Shown here: positions 28,092 through 41,315 of the stretch, one piece after another
Layout of the letters: each line of letters begins with the position of its first letter
Numbering within the stretch: position 1 is the stretch's first letter
Assembly (NCBI RefSeq): GCF_009914755.1
Contig: NC_060928.1
DNA: 64,000 bases
Reading direction: 5' to 3' (one strand)
Origin: the human T2T-CHM13v2.0 reference genome, Homo sapiens
Notes under the pieces: model-generated
What the model was told of the DNA's origin: nothing
Database searches by the model: none
What the model saw: the letters and a program-made list of their open reading frames with translations, nothing else
Program-made: the position numbers and the translations under genes

Positions 28092-31000
28092 AGTCAACTC
28101 CGAGTAGCCGCGCAAGGCAGACAGCGAAGGCGCCGGGACTACTGCGGGCCGCGACTCTGAGAAGGACTGCCGAGCGGGCTCCGAGATGCTGGTGGCCCCA
28201 CCTATTGGCAACCAGACGGGCCGGGACTGGCCGCGGCGAGCAGGGGCGGGCGGGGGGCTGCGCGTCATTATCATGCACAGCGCTCGCAGCTTCAGGCTCC
28301 AACTCTACTCACTTGCTAATCCGTGAGAGCTGAGCGGGAGACAGGCTCTTGCAGCCTTTTCTGCGTTAATGCGACGATTTCTTTTTCGGAAATTCGCTTA
28401 CCGAGCCAGCAAGGTTTCTTTGCTGGGCTGCAGAGAGGTCCCTTTGGGGGAATTTTTCTGGGCACAGGACTTTTATCTGTACGCATGGCTTGGTGTTCTG
28501 CAAATTGAGGCGACAGATGGGTCACAGCTTCTCCCCTTTCTGTACCCCTGCTTCTCCACCGCACAACACGCATACACATACACACACGCACGTACACATA
28601 CTCCTGGTAGGGGAATCTGCTGCAGGTGGCGATTGTGCCCGCCCAAGCGAGGGATTTCTGTCTAGCGTGCGCGCCCACAGTGGCCAGCCCCTCCGCTCCA
28701 GGGGGCTCCCTCTCTTGGTCTCAGAGGCTGTCTTTGTAAACATGTCTGCCATTCTCTATCATTTATATCAGTAGAACTGTCTGTCTCTGTGCAAGGGGTA
28801 ATGAGGTCAGGATTCAGAAAACCTAGCGTTTGTGCATTAAGTAAGTCAAGCACTAATAGCTTGCCTGCTGGATCCCGTTTTGCCTGGGGGCTAACAGTGC
28901 CTACAGATTCAGAACTTTTCAGCAAGAAATTATGGTCTCATTGAGTGGTTCAGCAATGTTCTGATAGAGTTCAGAAATGAACTATGCTCCTTTTAGAGAA
29001 ATGGCATACATTTATATCTAGTTGTAAATGATTGGAGCAGGAATGCAGATATATAATCATAATACCTTTATATTCATTGTATGATTAGGGATTTCTGATG
29101 TAGGCTCCTCATCTCTCAGGAGGGAAAGCCTGTGGAAGAATGCTTTTTTTAAATCGCTTATTCTGTGGTCTGCATGATAAATACATTATTTACAAATACC
29201 TACAGCTTTTGCTATCCCTTACTAGTTAAATATTATTTTGCAATGCAGTCTGGACATCTGTTTCAAAATAGAACAAAACTGTTGTATTTTTTAGTTTGTA
29301 TACTGTTGTCTGTCAGAGTGGCTATAATCACATTTAAAAATTAACTGTGTACAAATTACAGATTTCTTTAGAAAGTTGGTTGTATACATTAACTGTGTAT
29401 ATCCTACTAACAGATATAGTTACTTCTGAGACAATTAATTTGACTTGAATATAATTAGTACATTAGATGAGATAATTAGCTGTTTTATAGACTACCTAAT
29501 ATTGTCATGAGGCTAGCAAATTGTTTCAAAAACTTTATCTTTTATAATATATCGAAAAACATTAACTCCTAAATTAAAAAAATAAAAAATGATGACGGGT
29601 AGTATGTGTGTAATTCAGTGCCTCCACCCCTACTCTCAGCAAAAGTATAGTAAATTCAAAACCGAATGTCCATATTAAAATTGTAAAGCACCAGTTAACA
29701 TGAATTGGATTAGTTTCCTTACTTGTTTGAATAGGAAAAGAATTAATTTTCTTTAGGAGGTGTTGCCTTCATTTAAATATTTAATGTGAGAAATATGTTT
29801 CTGGGGAAATATATTAGTTCAGGACTGAAGGAATGAATGTGATGAAACTGGAGGGAAAGGGAATATTTCACCTCTAGCGATGGAAGGAGATATGCAGAAA
29901 TGAAAGGTTTTCCCAGCCTCATGTGATGTGTTCAAGCAGAAAGTAGCTGCAATATGTAGTTCAGGCAAACTGGAAAGATGAAAAGACACTGCTCTAAGAG
30001 GCTTTTTATATATTGAATTATTTTGGTATTGAACCAACTTATATATACATGAAAATCATCTCCTTCTTTCTCTCTTTCTCTTCAGTTTTTACCTCATGCC
30101 GGTAGTTTAATAAGGTCAATTACACATTTTAAACTCTAATATGTTTTGTTAAACATATTGATTCACTACAGTGATGAAACATAATGGTTAAACCATAATG
30201 ATTGAAATGAAAATGTATTTATTTTAGTCAAAAATGCACAATTTTATGATTACTTTGAGTTTCAAATATTTAAAAATATTTAATCATTACGTATATTTTT
30301 AATACACATCCACACACAGATACACAACCATATAGTATTTAAAAATGAATCACTTCCATTGTGATCTTCTTTGCCCCAATTAAAGAAAGGTCTTTTGACA
30401 TATAAAAACTATGCAATTTTGAATTATGCTTCTACTTTGAGCCTATGCATTGATTGAGTAATTTCATCAGACCCACATTACTTGATTGCTTAGAAGTTTC
30501 CTAATGATCTGCATGCTGTAGGAAGAACCAAAAAGTCGTGAGTGGAATGGCAATGATACTGTGTTTTATGAGGCTATTCAGAAGTCGCTCTGATTTATGT
30601 AGCTAGAAAGCTCCAAAGTCTTTGAGATTAGCCACGCTGACTGCTATTTTCTTCATACATCAGTCGTCCCACACTCTTTACTCCCTAAACACAACAGGAG
30701 TTTAGAGCACTGCTTTAATTCAGCAGGGATTAGGTGGCATTTCCAGTCAACTGCACAGTTTGTGTTTTGCTTCATATCAACTATGGAAGATCTCATGTTT
30801 TAACAGTTTAATATATGCTCCTTTCTTTATCTGGTTCCTGTGCTCACAGAACTGATTGTAAATTAGCTGTCCTCAGTTATACATCTCTACAAGGGAACAC
30901 TCAAACAGTGTACTTATTCATATATTATACAAATCACTAGCATATTTTTGTTGTTTTCAGTCATAGTAAAATACCTTATGTCAACATGGAGTAGAAAAGA

Positions 31001-34000
31001 TGCATTTATTCATGTTTTTCTCACAAACAGATGATACTTTATCCTCTGAAATCATAATCAGCTGTGATATTATATTTGAGAAACCTAAGATAATCCACAG
31101 AATATTTTCACTATGAGAATGTTCAAATTAAAGTACAAAATCGGGTAAATAAAAGGTGTCAACACATTAAAAACAATAATAGATTGTAAATGTAAAATAC
31201 CAGTTATTCTTACTTCTGCACTAAGGATTATTTTGACAATTACAGCATATAAAAGCATTCCCAGAAGATGTGCTGTTCTTTTACCATTTTTTTTTTTCAG
31301 TTGACTACATGATTTGCATTGGTTAATGATAACCCCCAGGACTCCTCAAGGATTTTTTGGATTGTGTAAGATGTCTCAATGATATTTTATCCTTTTTCTA
31401 CTTATAGTAGTTGTTTGTTCCTGAAGTTCTTGATAACTGTGTAAACGTCTAGAATGTACTAAGGGACTTGGCTTTACTATTCTTCTCTGTATCATTAATA
31501 CAGTTATTTGAAGCACAATTCAAGTGTGTATTAAGTTAGACAATGTTGTTATTAATCAAAGATACCAACTATGACATGACTAATAAGCCATTACACTAAG
31601 GGCCTTTGCTTTCTACGCCAGGTGAAATGTACATCCACTAAATATCTGTTATAAATTTTAAGCCAAATAGGAATAAAAATCCAGGTGATTAACTTTTGAT
31701 TTATTAAAAAATAAAAGCCAATTGAAATTGTTAGGAGTGATGGAAGATACATTTTATTCCATTCTGATATCTCAGGCTAATTTTATCATATGGTAATTTT
31801 ATCTTAAAGGGCCATTGCAATTTCAAAAGCACACTTTTTAATCCAGAAGTTTTTTTTCTTCACCTACACCTACGTATATGACTTTATTTTAAAAAGTAAG
31901 ATATTCACATTTCTATTGGATCATCATGATATTTTAGATTACAGACAGCATATTGGTGAGTAGCAATACTTAGAATGTATTACTATAGTATAATGTTTAT
32001 TAGAAAATACATTTATGGCCTATAAAGATATCTTTGCCATTAGGTGTCACTGCATTCTGAGCTGTATTTTTTTTTTTAGTACTACTTGAAAACCACATGA
32101 AATATTTTTAAAATTCTCAGAAAAAAATGTCATTTTAATGAGGTTTGTGATGCTGTAAGAAAATAGGTAGTTTTTATTTTCAAACTAGAAAAATAAATAT
32201 GATCCCTGTCTCTTATTCTTGTAAGAATTTAATGCTAGGACATATCAACACACCTGATACCCTCTAAACAAATTAGATTGCTAGACCTAGTGATACAATT
32301 TTTTTTCTTATATTTAAAATAGGAGAGAAATATCTTCTTAAACTAATACTTATTCTCTATGAATAAAATCTAAGACACCTGGAAGGATGCAAGTGTGTTT
32401 AATACTGCTGGAGTAAACACACATTAGTGAATAAAGTAGTTTGTTAAGCAGCTTCTAACGGTGGTAGCTCTGCTTACCTATGGGATACTTGAGGTCCCAA
32501 ACTGATTGTTGTTTTTGAGACAAAACATATGAAAATAGAGTTGTGGGGAAAAAAAAACACATGGACACAAATACATCTAAAAATAATGTCAACCATTGAG
32601 TTTTATGAATGACCATATATGTTTTCAGATAATTTTTGCCTGGTTAATTGTATGCATTGTATCGATTCCTTGCATAGTTGCACCTCCACCACTACTATCA
32701 CTACAAGTACCACAATTATAGGGTTTATTTGTTCATGTAAAACTCATAACTATTCTCACATAGTAATTTATTTGTTTTGTAAAAAGGCACTATCTTCCTT
32801 CTAGCATATTTCATTATAAGAATAATGGAGGATGAAATTTAGGGCAACTTTTAATCTGATAATTTAGTTTTAACATTGGCAAACTCACATTATTAGAGAA
32901 TGCAACACTAGTTTAACTGAATGAATGGTTTGTCTTATGTTAGATTTTGCCCTATGCCAAAGTTCATTAATTATTGGAAAATTAAATGATTAGACAGATG
33001 TCTAAAAGATAAGAAAAAATACTAAACAGTTCTGGAATTGATTATTAGAACATCTATGGATTCATGTCATTAAATTGGCAAATTTTAGCATATTGATGTG
33101 GACACACATTTCAGAGAATTTGACAAACATATGGGCAATGTTAAGGTATAATAAAAAAAAGTATTCTGGATTAGAATTTAGAAGGTATTGGACTAAATCT
33201 CAATTTATAAATAGCTAATTGAATACATTGGAAAGTTATTTAATTTTTAGTCTTCATTTTTATCAACCCTAAAATAAGATTTAGACTAATGTTCATTTAA
33301 TCTCTAAGATTATATGAACTAAATGGAGAACAATTGCTATATTTAAGGAGGAACAGAAAGGAATTGGGAGAAGAGATACAGTCAAGTGTGGCTATATTTA
33401 ATAGCTGCCTTAGAGTGACCTTCAAAAAAGGAAATACAAGGGGAAATAAGGAACATGAAATCTTAATTACACAAGTTAAGAACTCTTTAAATTGAAGATG
33501 TCTTTGTTGCAAACAAGAATTATGTACATTTCTTCATCAGGTATTCTGGATAACTAGTATCTGATTGAGAGAGCTGGATTTGTTTTTTGTTTTCGATTTT
33601 GTTTTCGTTTTGTCTATTATTAGTACCAAGGTGTTACCTACAGCATCACTCCTATAGAACACTGCAAAATTAGTGTTTAACACTAATTGGAGGGATGAAT
33701 AGTCTTATGTATCAACTATCATTGTGTATGTACACTTGCCTTTAGAATTTGCAAACTGGGAGTGCATCAGGAATATTAACATATGCTTTATATCACTACA
33801 AACAAAAGTAGAGTATAAAGAAAGCAACCAATTCAAAGTTCTTCACTATCCTGGACTCCTGCTTCAGGTTTTTATGCTTTTATCCTACTGTTGTTCACCA
33901 AGTAGTCATCAATGTGAAGCTGAGGCTGAGTTGACCCCGAAAGCTTCTTGAGTAGATACAGGGAAGCCAAGTGAACACCAGAAGCTAAGCACCAAAGGCC

Positions 34001-35293
34001 TACTTATGGTCTTAAATATTCTTAAATCACTCTGTAGTCAAGTTCCTTATTAACAGATTTTTAAAATGAAAAACATTAGGTAGTAAATTATATTACAATA
34101 GCAATTTGCATATGTTTTTCTTTAAACTAAAATAATTAAAAGTACTATTTTAAAAAATAATCTCATTTTATTGAGCAGAGTACCTGATTTTTTTCATAAG
34201 TAAGCTTAAATAAGATATTTGCTTCATTAATAAAGTCATTATAATTCTAGAAGTTAATATTCCTGAAAGTATATGGTAATATAAGCATTACTACCAACAT
34301 GTAGTATGTGTGCTAATTGGGAGAATATTCTTTTATTCAGCAAACATTTTATTCTGAATTTACTCTGTATGAAGCATTGCTTTTAGTCTCTAAAATTAAA
34401 ATGTTGAACCAACAAGCTATGTTTTTGTATTTAAGGAACTTACATTCTCATGGAAGAGGCAACCAGATAAGAAAATATATGATGTAATGTCAAATATTGA
34501 TAAATGCTATGAAGCAAAATGAGGGAATGAAGGGTGACAAAGTATGTTTTCATTGGAACAGAGACTTGATCCAAAGAAAGGATGTGAACCATGTGGATAT
34601 CTGATGAAGAATAATTCAGTCAGAGGATATAGCAAGAATGACGGCCATGAGATAAGACACTAAGAAAATCTGCTTAGTTTACTTAAGAAATATATTCAAA
34701 GGCAATTGGAGTATAGTTCAGTGAGAAAAGCAGGAAGTGGAAGTAAATGGGGTCTGAGAGGGCACTGAGGAAGATTCTGTAGGGACTTACAGGCCATGGT
34801 AAGGTATTTAAATCTTCTAGGTATATTTGGGTTAAGATAAAATGTGTGATATGAAATAGTTTGTATTTTAGAAAGATAACATTCTTTGCTTAAGTGCACT
34901 GGATAGAGTAGAAGTATAAATTGACAATAGCAAATTGGATCAAGGTGGTAGCTTAGCTAAATGTACAGTTATCAGATTGTGGACATAATGTGAAGATCGG
35001 AAAAACAGGATTTTCTGATAGATGAGCCAGGTGGGAGAGATCCAGAGAAAGTAAAGAGGCTTCCAAGGTATTTTACCCAAATACATGGAGTAAATGTGTT
35101 ACTGTTGACTAATATTCGGAATATGGGGGCATGAGCAAGTTTAGGGTACAAATCAAAATGTGCATTTATTAAATTTTGTATTAGACATCAAACTTGAGAG
35201 TTTAAATTGGAAGTTTATTATATGATCCTGAAATTAAGAGGTGAGTTTGGGATTTGAGCTGTACATTTGGGGAATATATCATTGTAAATATAG

Positions 35294-35625
35294 ACTCCTG
35301 TAAGAATAGTCATAATCAAAGAATCAAAAAACAGTAGATGTTGGCATGGATGTGGCAGTCAGGGAACACTTCTACACTGCTGGTGGGAATGTAAGCTAGT
35401 ATAGCAACTATGGAAAACAGTGTGGAGATTTCTTAAAGAACTAAAAGTAGAACTATCATTTGATGCAGCAGCAACCCCACTACTGGATATCTACCCAGAG
35501 GAAAAGAAGTCATTATTCAAAAAAGATACTTGAACATGCATGTTTATAGCAGCACAATTCACAATAGCAAAATCATGGAACCAACTCAAATGCCTGTCAA
35601 AGAATGAGTGGATAAAGAAACTCTG

Positions 35626-35670
<45 letters not shown>

Positions 35671-36062
35671 AGATGGAATACTACTCAGCCATAAAAAAGA
35701 ACGAATTAACAGCATTTGCAATGACTTGGATGAGATTAGAGACTATTATTCTAAGTGAAGTAATTCAGGAATGGAAAACTAAACATTGTATGTTCTCACT
35801 GATATGTGGGAGCTAAGCTATGAGGACACAAAGGCATAATAATAATACAGTGGACTTTGGGGACTTGCGAAGAAGGGTTGGTGGGGATAAAAGACAACAA
35901 ATATGGTGCAGTGTGTACTGCTTTGGTGATGAGTGCACCAGGTTCTCACGAATCTCCCCTAAAGAAACTTACTTATGTAACCAAATACCACCTGTACCCC
36001 AATAACTTAGGGAAAAGTAAAATTAAAAGAAAGAAAATAATAATAAAATAAATAAAAATAAA
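35294..36062 (+). mobile_element. 5'-truncated L1PB (L1PB1-like) 3' end
   Basis: ORF2 tail (EYYSAIKKNELTAFAMTWMRLETIILSEV...) followed by the L1PB 3' UTR gggagctaagctatgaggac...accaaataccacctgtacccc and an A-rich tail. Confidence 0.9.
35629..35664. repeat. (TG)18 microsatellite inside the L1PB
   Basis: Read directly from the sequence. Confidence 0.95.
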
Positions 36063-37061
36063 GGAATGGAGGGGAAGACGTGCAGAGAGAGAAGAGTTCC
36101 AAGACTAGGTCATTTAGCATTCCAAAAGTTTGAGTCCAAGGAGAGCAGCGGATGCAGGAAAAGAGAAATATTAGTAGCCTGGGAGACAGGAGGAAAACCA
36201 GGAGTACATGGTATTCTGGAAGCCATGTGAGAAAAGTAATTCTAGAAGGAGAAGTGAGAAACCCTGTTGAATTGTATGTATGCAAATGGAGATTTGATTG
36301 CTGGGCTTGAAAATGTTGAGGACAAAGATGACTTTAAAGAAAGTGCTCTTAGTGGACTACAAGTGACAAAATACTGATTGTAGAGAACCCGAAGATTTAA
36401 TAGAATATGAGGAATTCTATGAGTTTTGTCATAAGAAAGTGGTAAGGAAGGGGATATTAGGTTAAGGGAAGGATTTCCTTTTACAGCTGGGCATTGGTAT
36501 ATATATGTAATTTTCTGAATATTCAGTCCTAAGAGAATTATCAGTAAAATGATTTAAAATTGATACACCTTTTTCTTTCAACTTATATAATTCCTGAGTT
36601 TGGATAGAAAACGTTCAAATAGAAAGGAAATCTGTTTTTTTTTCTTTTTCTTTTTCTTTTATAAATTGGATCAAGTGACACCAGGCCAAACACACTGAAA
36701 TTAACCTGAGAGACAAGTTTAGAGTTTAGATTTCATTTAGTTTCCCAGATTGCCATTCAAATTTCATAGAAATTTTTTATCTGAACTTAAGAGCAGATTA
36801 CATTTTACATAGTATTGCTATAACATTACAAATGTCATAAATATTTAGTCATTTGGTAATGTACTAATTCCAGGAACACACAATATTTCTATTCTGTTAG
36901 TGGTATTAAAATGCATAAAATTCTTGTTATAATAGACAAATTTAAATCCATTGTAAATTTCCTCTGAGTGCATTCTGTTATGAATTTGATTTGCTTCAAA
37001 CATCACTTTGGAAACATTTTTTTAAAAAGTTTTTAATGTGTAGAGGGACAAAAAGGATATA

Positions 37062-37393
37062 TGTGTTGAGGATACCTAATCCAGAAATCTAAAATCCAAA
37101 TGCCCCAACATTTGACACTTTTCAACACTGACATCATAACACAAATAGAAAATTCCACACCTGACCTCATGTGGTGGATGCACAAAATTATAGAAAAAAG
37201 TTGTATGAAATTATCTTACCTTCTGGCTATGTGTGTAAGGTATATATGAAGCATAAATGAACTTAATGTTTACATTTAGTACTATCCCCAAGATATCTCA
37301 TTGTTTATACGCAACTATTCCAAAATCTGAAAAAATTCTGAAAACCAAAACACTTCAAGTCCCAAGCATTTCAGGTAAAGGATACTCAACGTG
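37062..37393. mobile_element. Tigger4/MER46-type Tc1-mariner MITE
   Basis: Terminal inverted repeats gttgaggatacctaatcc ... ggtaaaggatactcaac, flanked by TA. Internal gaaaattccacacctgacctcatgtg. Confidence 0.8.
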
Positions 37394-38231
37394 TAGTAAT
37401 TACAGGGCAAAGTTTATCATTGCAGCATAGAAATTAAATAGATACAATAAATTCATTTGGCATATCATATTCATATGATTTCTGTGACACATTTAAATAT
37501 TTCCTTTTATGGATCTTTTACTTATTTGTGCTAAACAATGGATGATAGATTTTCAGTCATAGGTGGACATGAGGAAAGGAAATGTTCTAAATTTAGTAAC
37601 CTCAGAATTCAGCCTTTTGAATATGAATCTTAGTTCTTTCATTAGTATTAATATAACCATAAGTTGTGTATTTTGATTTTGCACCTAAAATAATAATATC
37701 TGTACTAAAATAAGCATGCTAATAGCAGGTGAATTATATTTTTTGTGTTCTTTGTTGTTGTAAGTGTTATGTCCTCTATAAAAACATTTCATCATATGGA
37801 AACAATGTGATATGGATGTCAGATGGTTGTTTCTGCTCTGATACATCTGTTAATTGATATGTAAATATGGAATATTTGAACAATGAGAGGGTAGGAGTCT
37901 TATAGTTTGAGAATAGCAATGACTCACAAAAAAAGCAAATTGTGTTCTGGCTGGAGCCTAGGAACTTAATTGATGAAATACAGAACATTGAAAGATATTT
38001 TCTATTTACTAGTTCATAGCTTCTTGGGGTGGTGAAATATCATTTGAAGGAAATGCTGCGTGGACTTAAATCCAAACTTAAGTTGGAATGAACCCCTAAA
38101 ACTGGTGAAGTGTTTACTATATATAACTTCAACATCATTAAAATGTCATGTCATTGATTGACTTAGTATCTTAAAATCCAAAGACCAGGTAATACCTTAG
38201 TAGCTTTGGTGAGACAAGAGAACTTAGTCCT

Positions 38232-38560
<329 letters not shown>

Positions 38561-39770
38561 AAGAGAACCCGTTCTGTTGTTCTGTTGTATGACATTTAAA
38601 GCGAATTAAAATCCAGAAGACTGATTCCTGCTTCTAATAATCTCTGCAATCTGACAACCAACAAAATTGGGTTAGTGGTTTAGTGGCAGTTGCTGTCTTG
38701 CTACTCAGAATCCAGATATTCTTTGCTGCTTCTGTGAATGGAAATAACAGAAACCATTGAATTTTCTTTTTAGATATACCAACAACTCTCAGCATAGCCC
38801 AGTAGAAGCATGGCCTATATAAGAACCATTATACATTTCTTCTTAAATGGTTTTTCAATTTTTAACACCTTATTAATGTGGGTGATGCTTCATCCACAGA
38901 TGTAAGAGGGACTGCTCTTCTGTTCTCTTGTGGTGTAGTCATGGTGAGTTTTGGACATTTTCTATAATCCATTAATTTCAAGCTGAGAAATTATGACTCA
39001 AATCTCATATTCCATTTGCAGAACATATCAATTTAGGGTTACATGAAACCATAACGTGACATTTTTGGGTGTGTCACCAGATTTTTTTTACACCTATTGT
39101 GTGGTTATAAGAATACAGATCATTGAAACAAGACACGTTTCATATCCTTAGAACTTTCAGGAGTATCTGCCTTCTAAGAAAATATTATAACATTAGGAAG
39201 CTGAAGGTAGAACAATTCAGAACTCCCAGCTGAACGACTGTGGTCTACTATGGCACTGGAGATTGTGATAATTCAATAAATGCCATTTTTATAGTAGCCT
39301 AAAGGTGCCATAAAAACATATATTTCAGAAAAAGACATAGAAATGGGATCAGGAGGTTATCACATACAAATGGTCTTTATAGTAGAAATCTCATTTCTCA
39401 GCTTTCTGATGGTTCACCATATTGTAGCTATAGGCTACAAAGTAAATACAATCATGCCAATTTCAGATCTAAGGAAGAATTTTTTATTATTTTAATTCTT
39501 TTATTTTTTAAAAATAGATGTCAGTAATTCTCATGCAAGCTTAAGTAATGAAGGAGGAGGCGTTAAGATGTGGTTATTTGGTAATTAATTAAGCTAATGA
39601 GATCTTTTCTAAATTTAATACTGTATATCAGATATTGCATTAAGCATGATTTCTTGGGTATAGAAAAATAAAATTGCCTTTTTTACTCTCACTTCTGAAG
39701 TTAATAGTACACTGTTCTTTCATATTACTAATCTATCCTCACTGCTGTATGTATAAAACATCAGTGAAAA

Positions 39771-39832
39771 TGACAGTTTTATGACATTTGACATTTATGA
39801 CATTTGACATTTATGACTTTTGACCATGACAG
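39771..39832. repeat. 16-bp minisatellite (atgacatttgacattt, ~2.8 copies) within a TGAC-rich tract
   Basis: Units at 39781-39796 and 39797-39812, plus a degenerate third copy. Confidence 0.9.
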
Positions 39833-40823
39833 AATAATCTACCTCATGGCAGAAGTAAAATAAAGTTTCTTTACAAGTGGCATAACTATTATTAGGAAAA
39901 CATATTTATATAGACTTTTAATTATATAGGTGTAATTGAAAACAGGGAAAACATTGAAAACTGAACATAACAGATTGTTCGCAAACTAACTGTCCAGTGC
40001 TTCTATTTTTCTCCACAAGAGTTCATGCTGTGGTTAATAAACAGTTAATAAATAGCAAAACTGGCTGCTTTGATTTTTTCTTTTTATTTTTCCTGTCTAC
40101 CCTTCAGTGGCAATACTAATGAGCAGTGAAATGGCCAAAAGCAAGAAAAAAGGAGCAAAGGGTTTTAGATAATCTATAAACCAGAAAATCAGTCCCTGAC
40201 TGCTCGTATGCACAGGCTTGCTGAGAAGAAATAGTTTTATTTTCTCAAAATATCACCCAGATTCTGAAGATAGAACTTGCTCTTGGCTGCTGAGTTAGTG
40301 AGACAAGTGAAGCTTTTGGGCCACCAAAGAAGAATAAGCTGAATGACACTGACTGGGAGCAAAGTGAAGAATATTATCACTGAAAAAAACTGCCCTCCAG
40401 GGGTAATGCTGCTGACAACCAGGGCCCCAGTGATTGGCTCAGTTGCTTGCATCATATTTATGGTGATTTTTAAAAATAAAATGCAATATAAATTGCAGCT
40501 ATACTACTTAAAAACTTTAGATAATTATGTATAAACTGGGTTGTATTGATATTCCTGTCAATACACATTGAGTCTTGAGCATCTACATTGTATATACCCT
40601 GTTGACCTCCTGTTGATGGTATATTATAGACCATGAAGAGGAATTTGAATATTGCACTCTTAAAAAGGAACTGTGAAGCACATGACAATGATAAATGCAA
40701 AAATCTGACTAGCAATTAATAGAGGGAAAAGGGAAGGTGATGTGATGGAGAGGTACATAGTTTCAACATTATTGATGGTGTTTTATTTATTAAGTTGGGT
40801 GGTTGTTTCACAAGTGTTGGATA

Positions 40824-40864
<41 letters not shown>

Positions 40865-41050
40865 TTTTGGTAAGCAATATTATATCTGTTGTTACTCTGC
40901 TCACAGAGAAATCGACTGGTTCAGTTCACTTCCACTTTAGTTAGGGAATAAGTTGTTTTCTTTTAGGCCCCTCCATCAGGTAGGTTGGCTAAGTTTACAA
41001 CCCTCTTTGGAGGGAAAGAGAGTGCATACTATATGCCTATATGCCAGGAC

Positions 41051-41315
41051 TTTTTTTTTTTTTTTTTTTTTTTTTGAGACAGAGTCTCACTCTGTCACCC
41101 AGGCTGGAGTGCAGTGGCACGCTCATGGCTTACTGCAGTCTTGATCTCCTGAGCTCAGGCGATGCTCCCACCTCAGCCTCCCTAATGTTTGTATTTTTTG
41201 CAGAGGGAATTTTCTCATGTTGCCCAAGCTGGTCTCAAACTCCTGAGCTCAAATGATCTGCCCACCTCAGCCTCCCAAAGTGCTGGGATTACAAGCGTGA
41301 GCACCATGCCCAGCC
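41051..41315 (-). mobile_element. AluJ-like element with an internal deletion
   Basis: Poly(T) plus reverse Alu. The usual gagtagctgggactacagg...cc block is missing at ~41181. TSD caggact. Confidence 0.9.

Larger units (their letters stand above)
34330..36470 (-). mobile_element. L2 element interrupted by L1PB
   Basis: tttattcagcaaacatttt...aaggaacttacattct...gggacttacaggccatggtaaggt is the reverse L2 3' region. It resumes after 36062 (ggaaaaccaggagtacatggtattctggaagcca). Confidence 0.7.

Noticed and set aside
36101-36113. AGGTCA half-sites as ROR-alpha elements explaining Purkinje-cell expression
   Set aside because: The ones I inspected lack the full A/T-rich 5' extension, and this one lies in an L2 remnant.
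39771-39832. Short repeats as a CRISPR-like array (also 6816-6897)
   Set aside because: These are head-to-tail tandem copies without unique spacers, in a mammalian genome.
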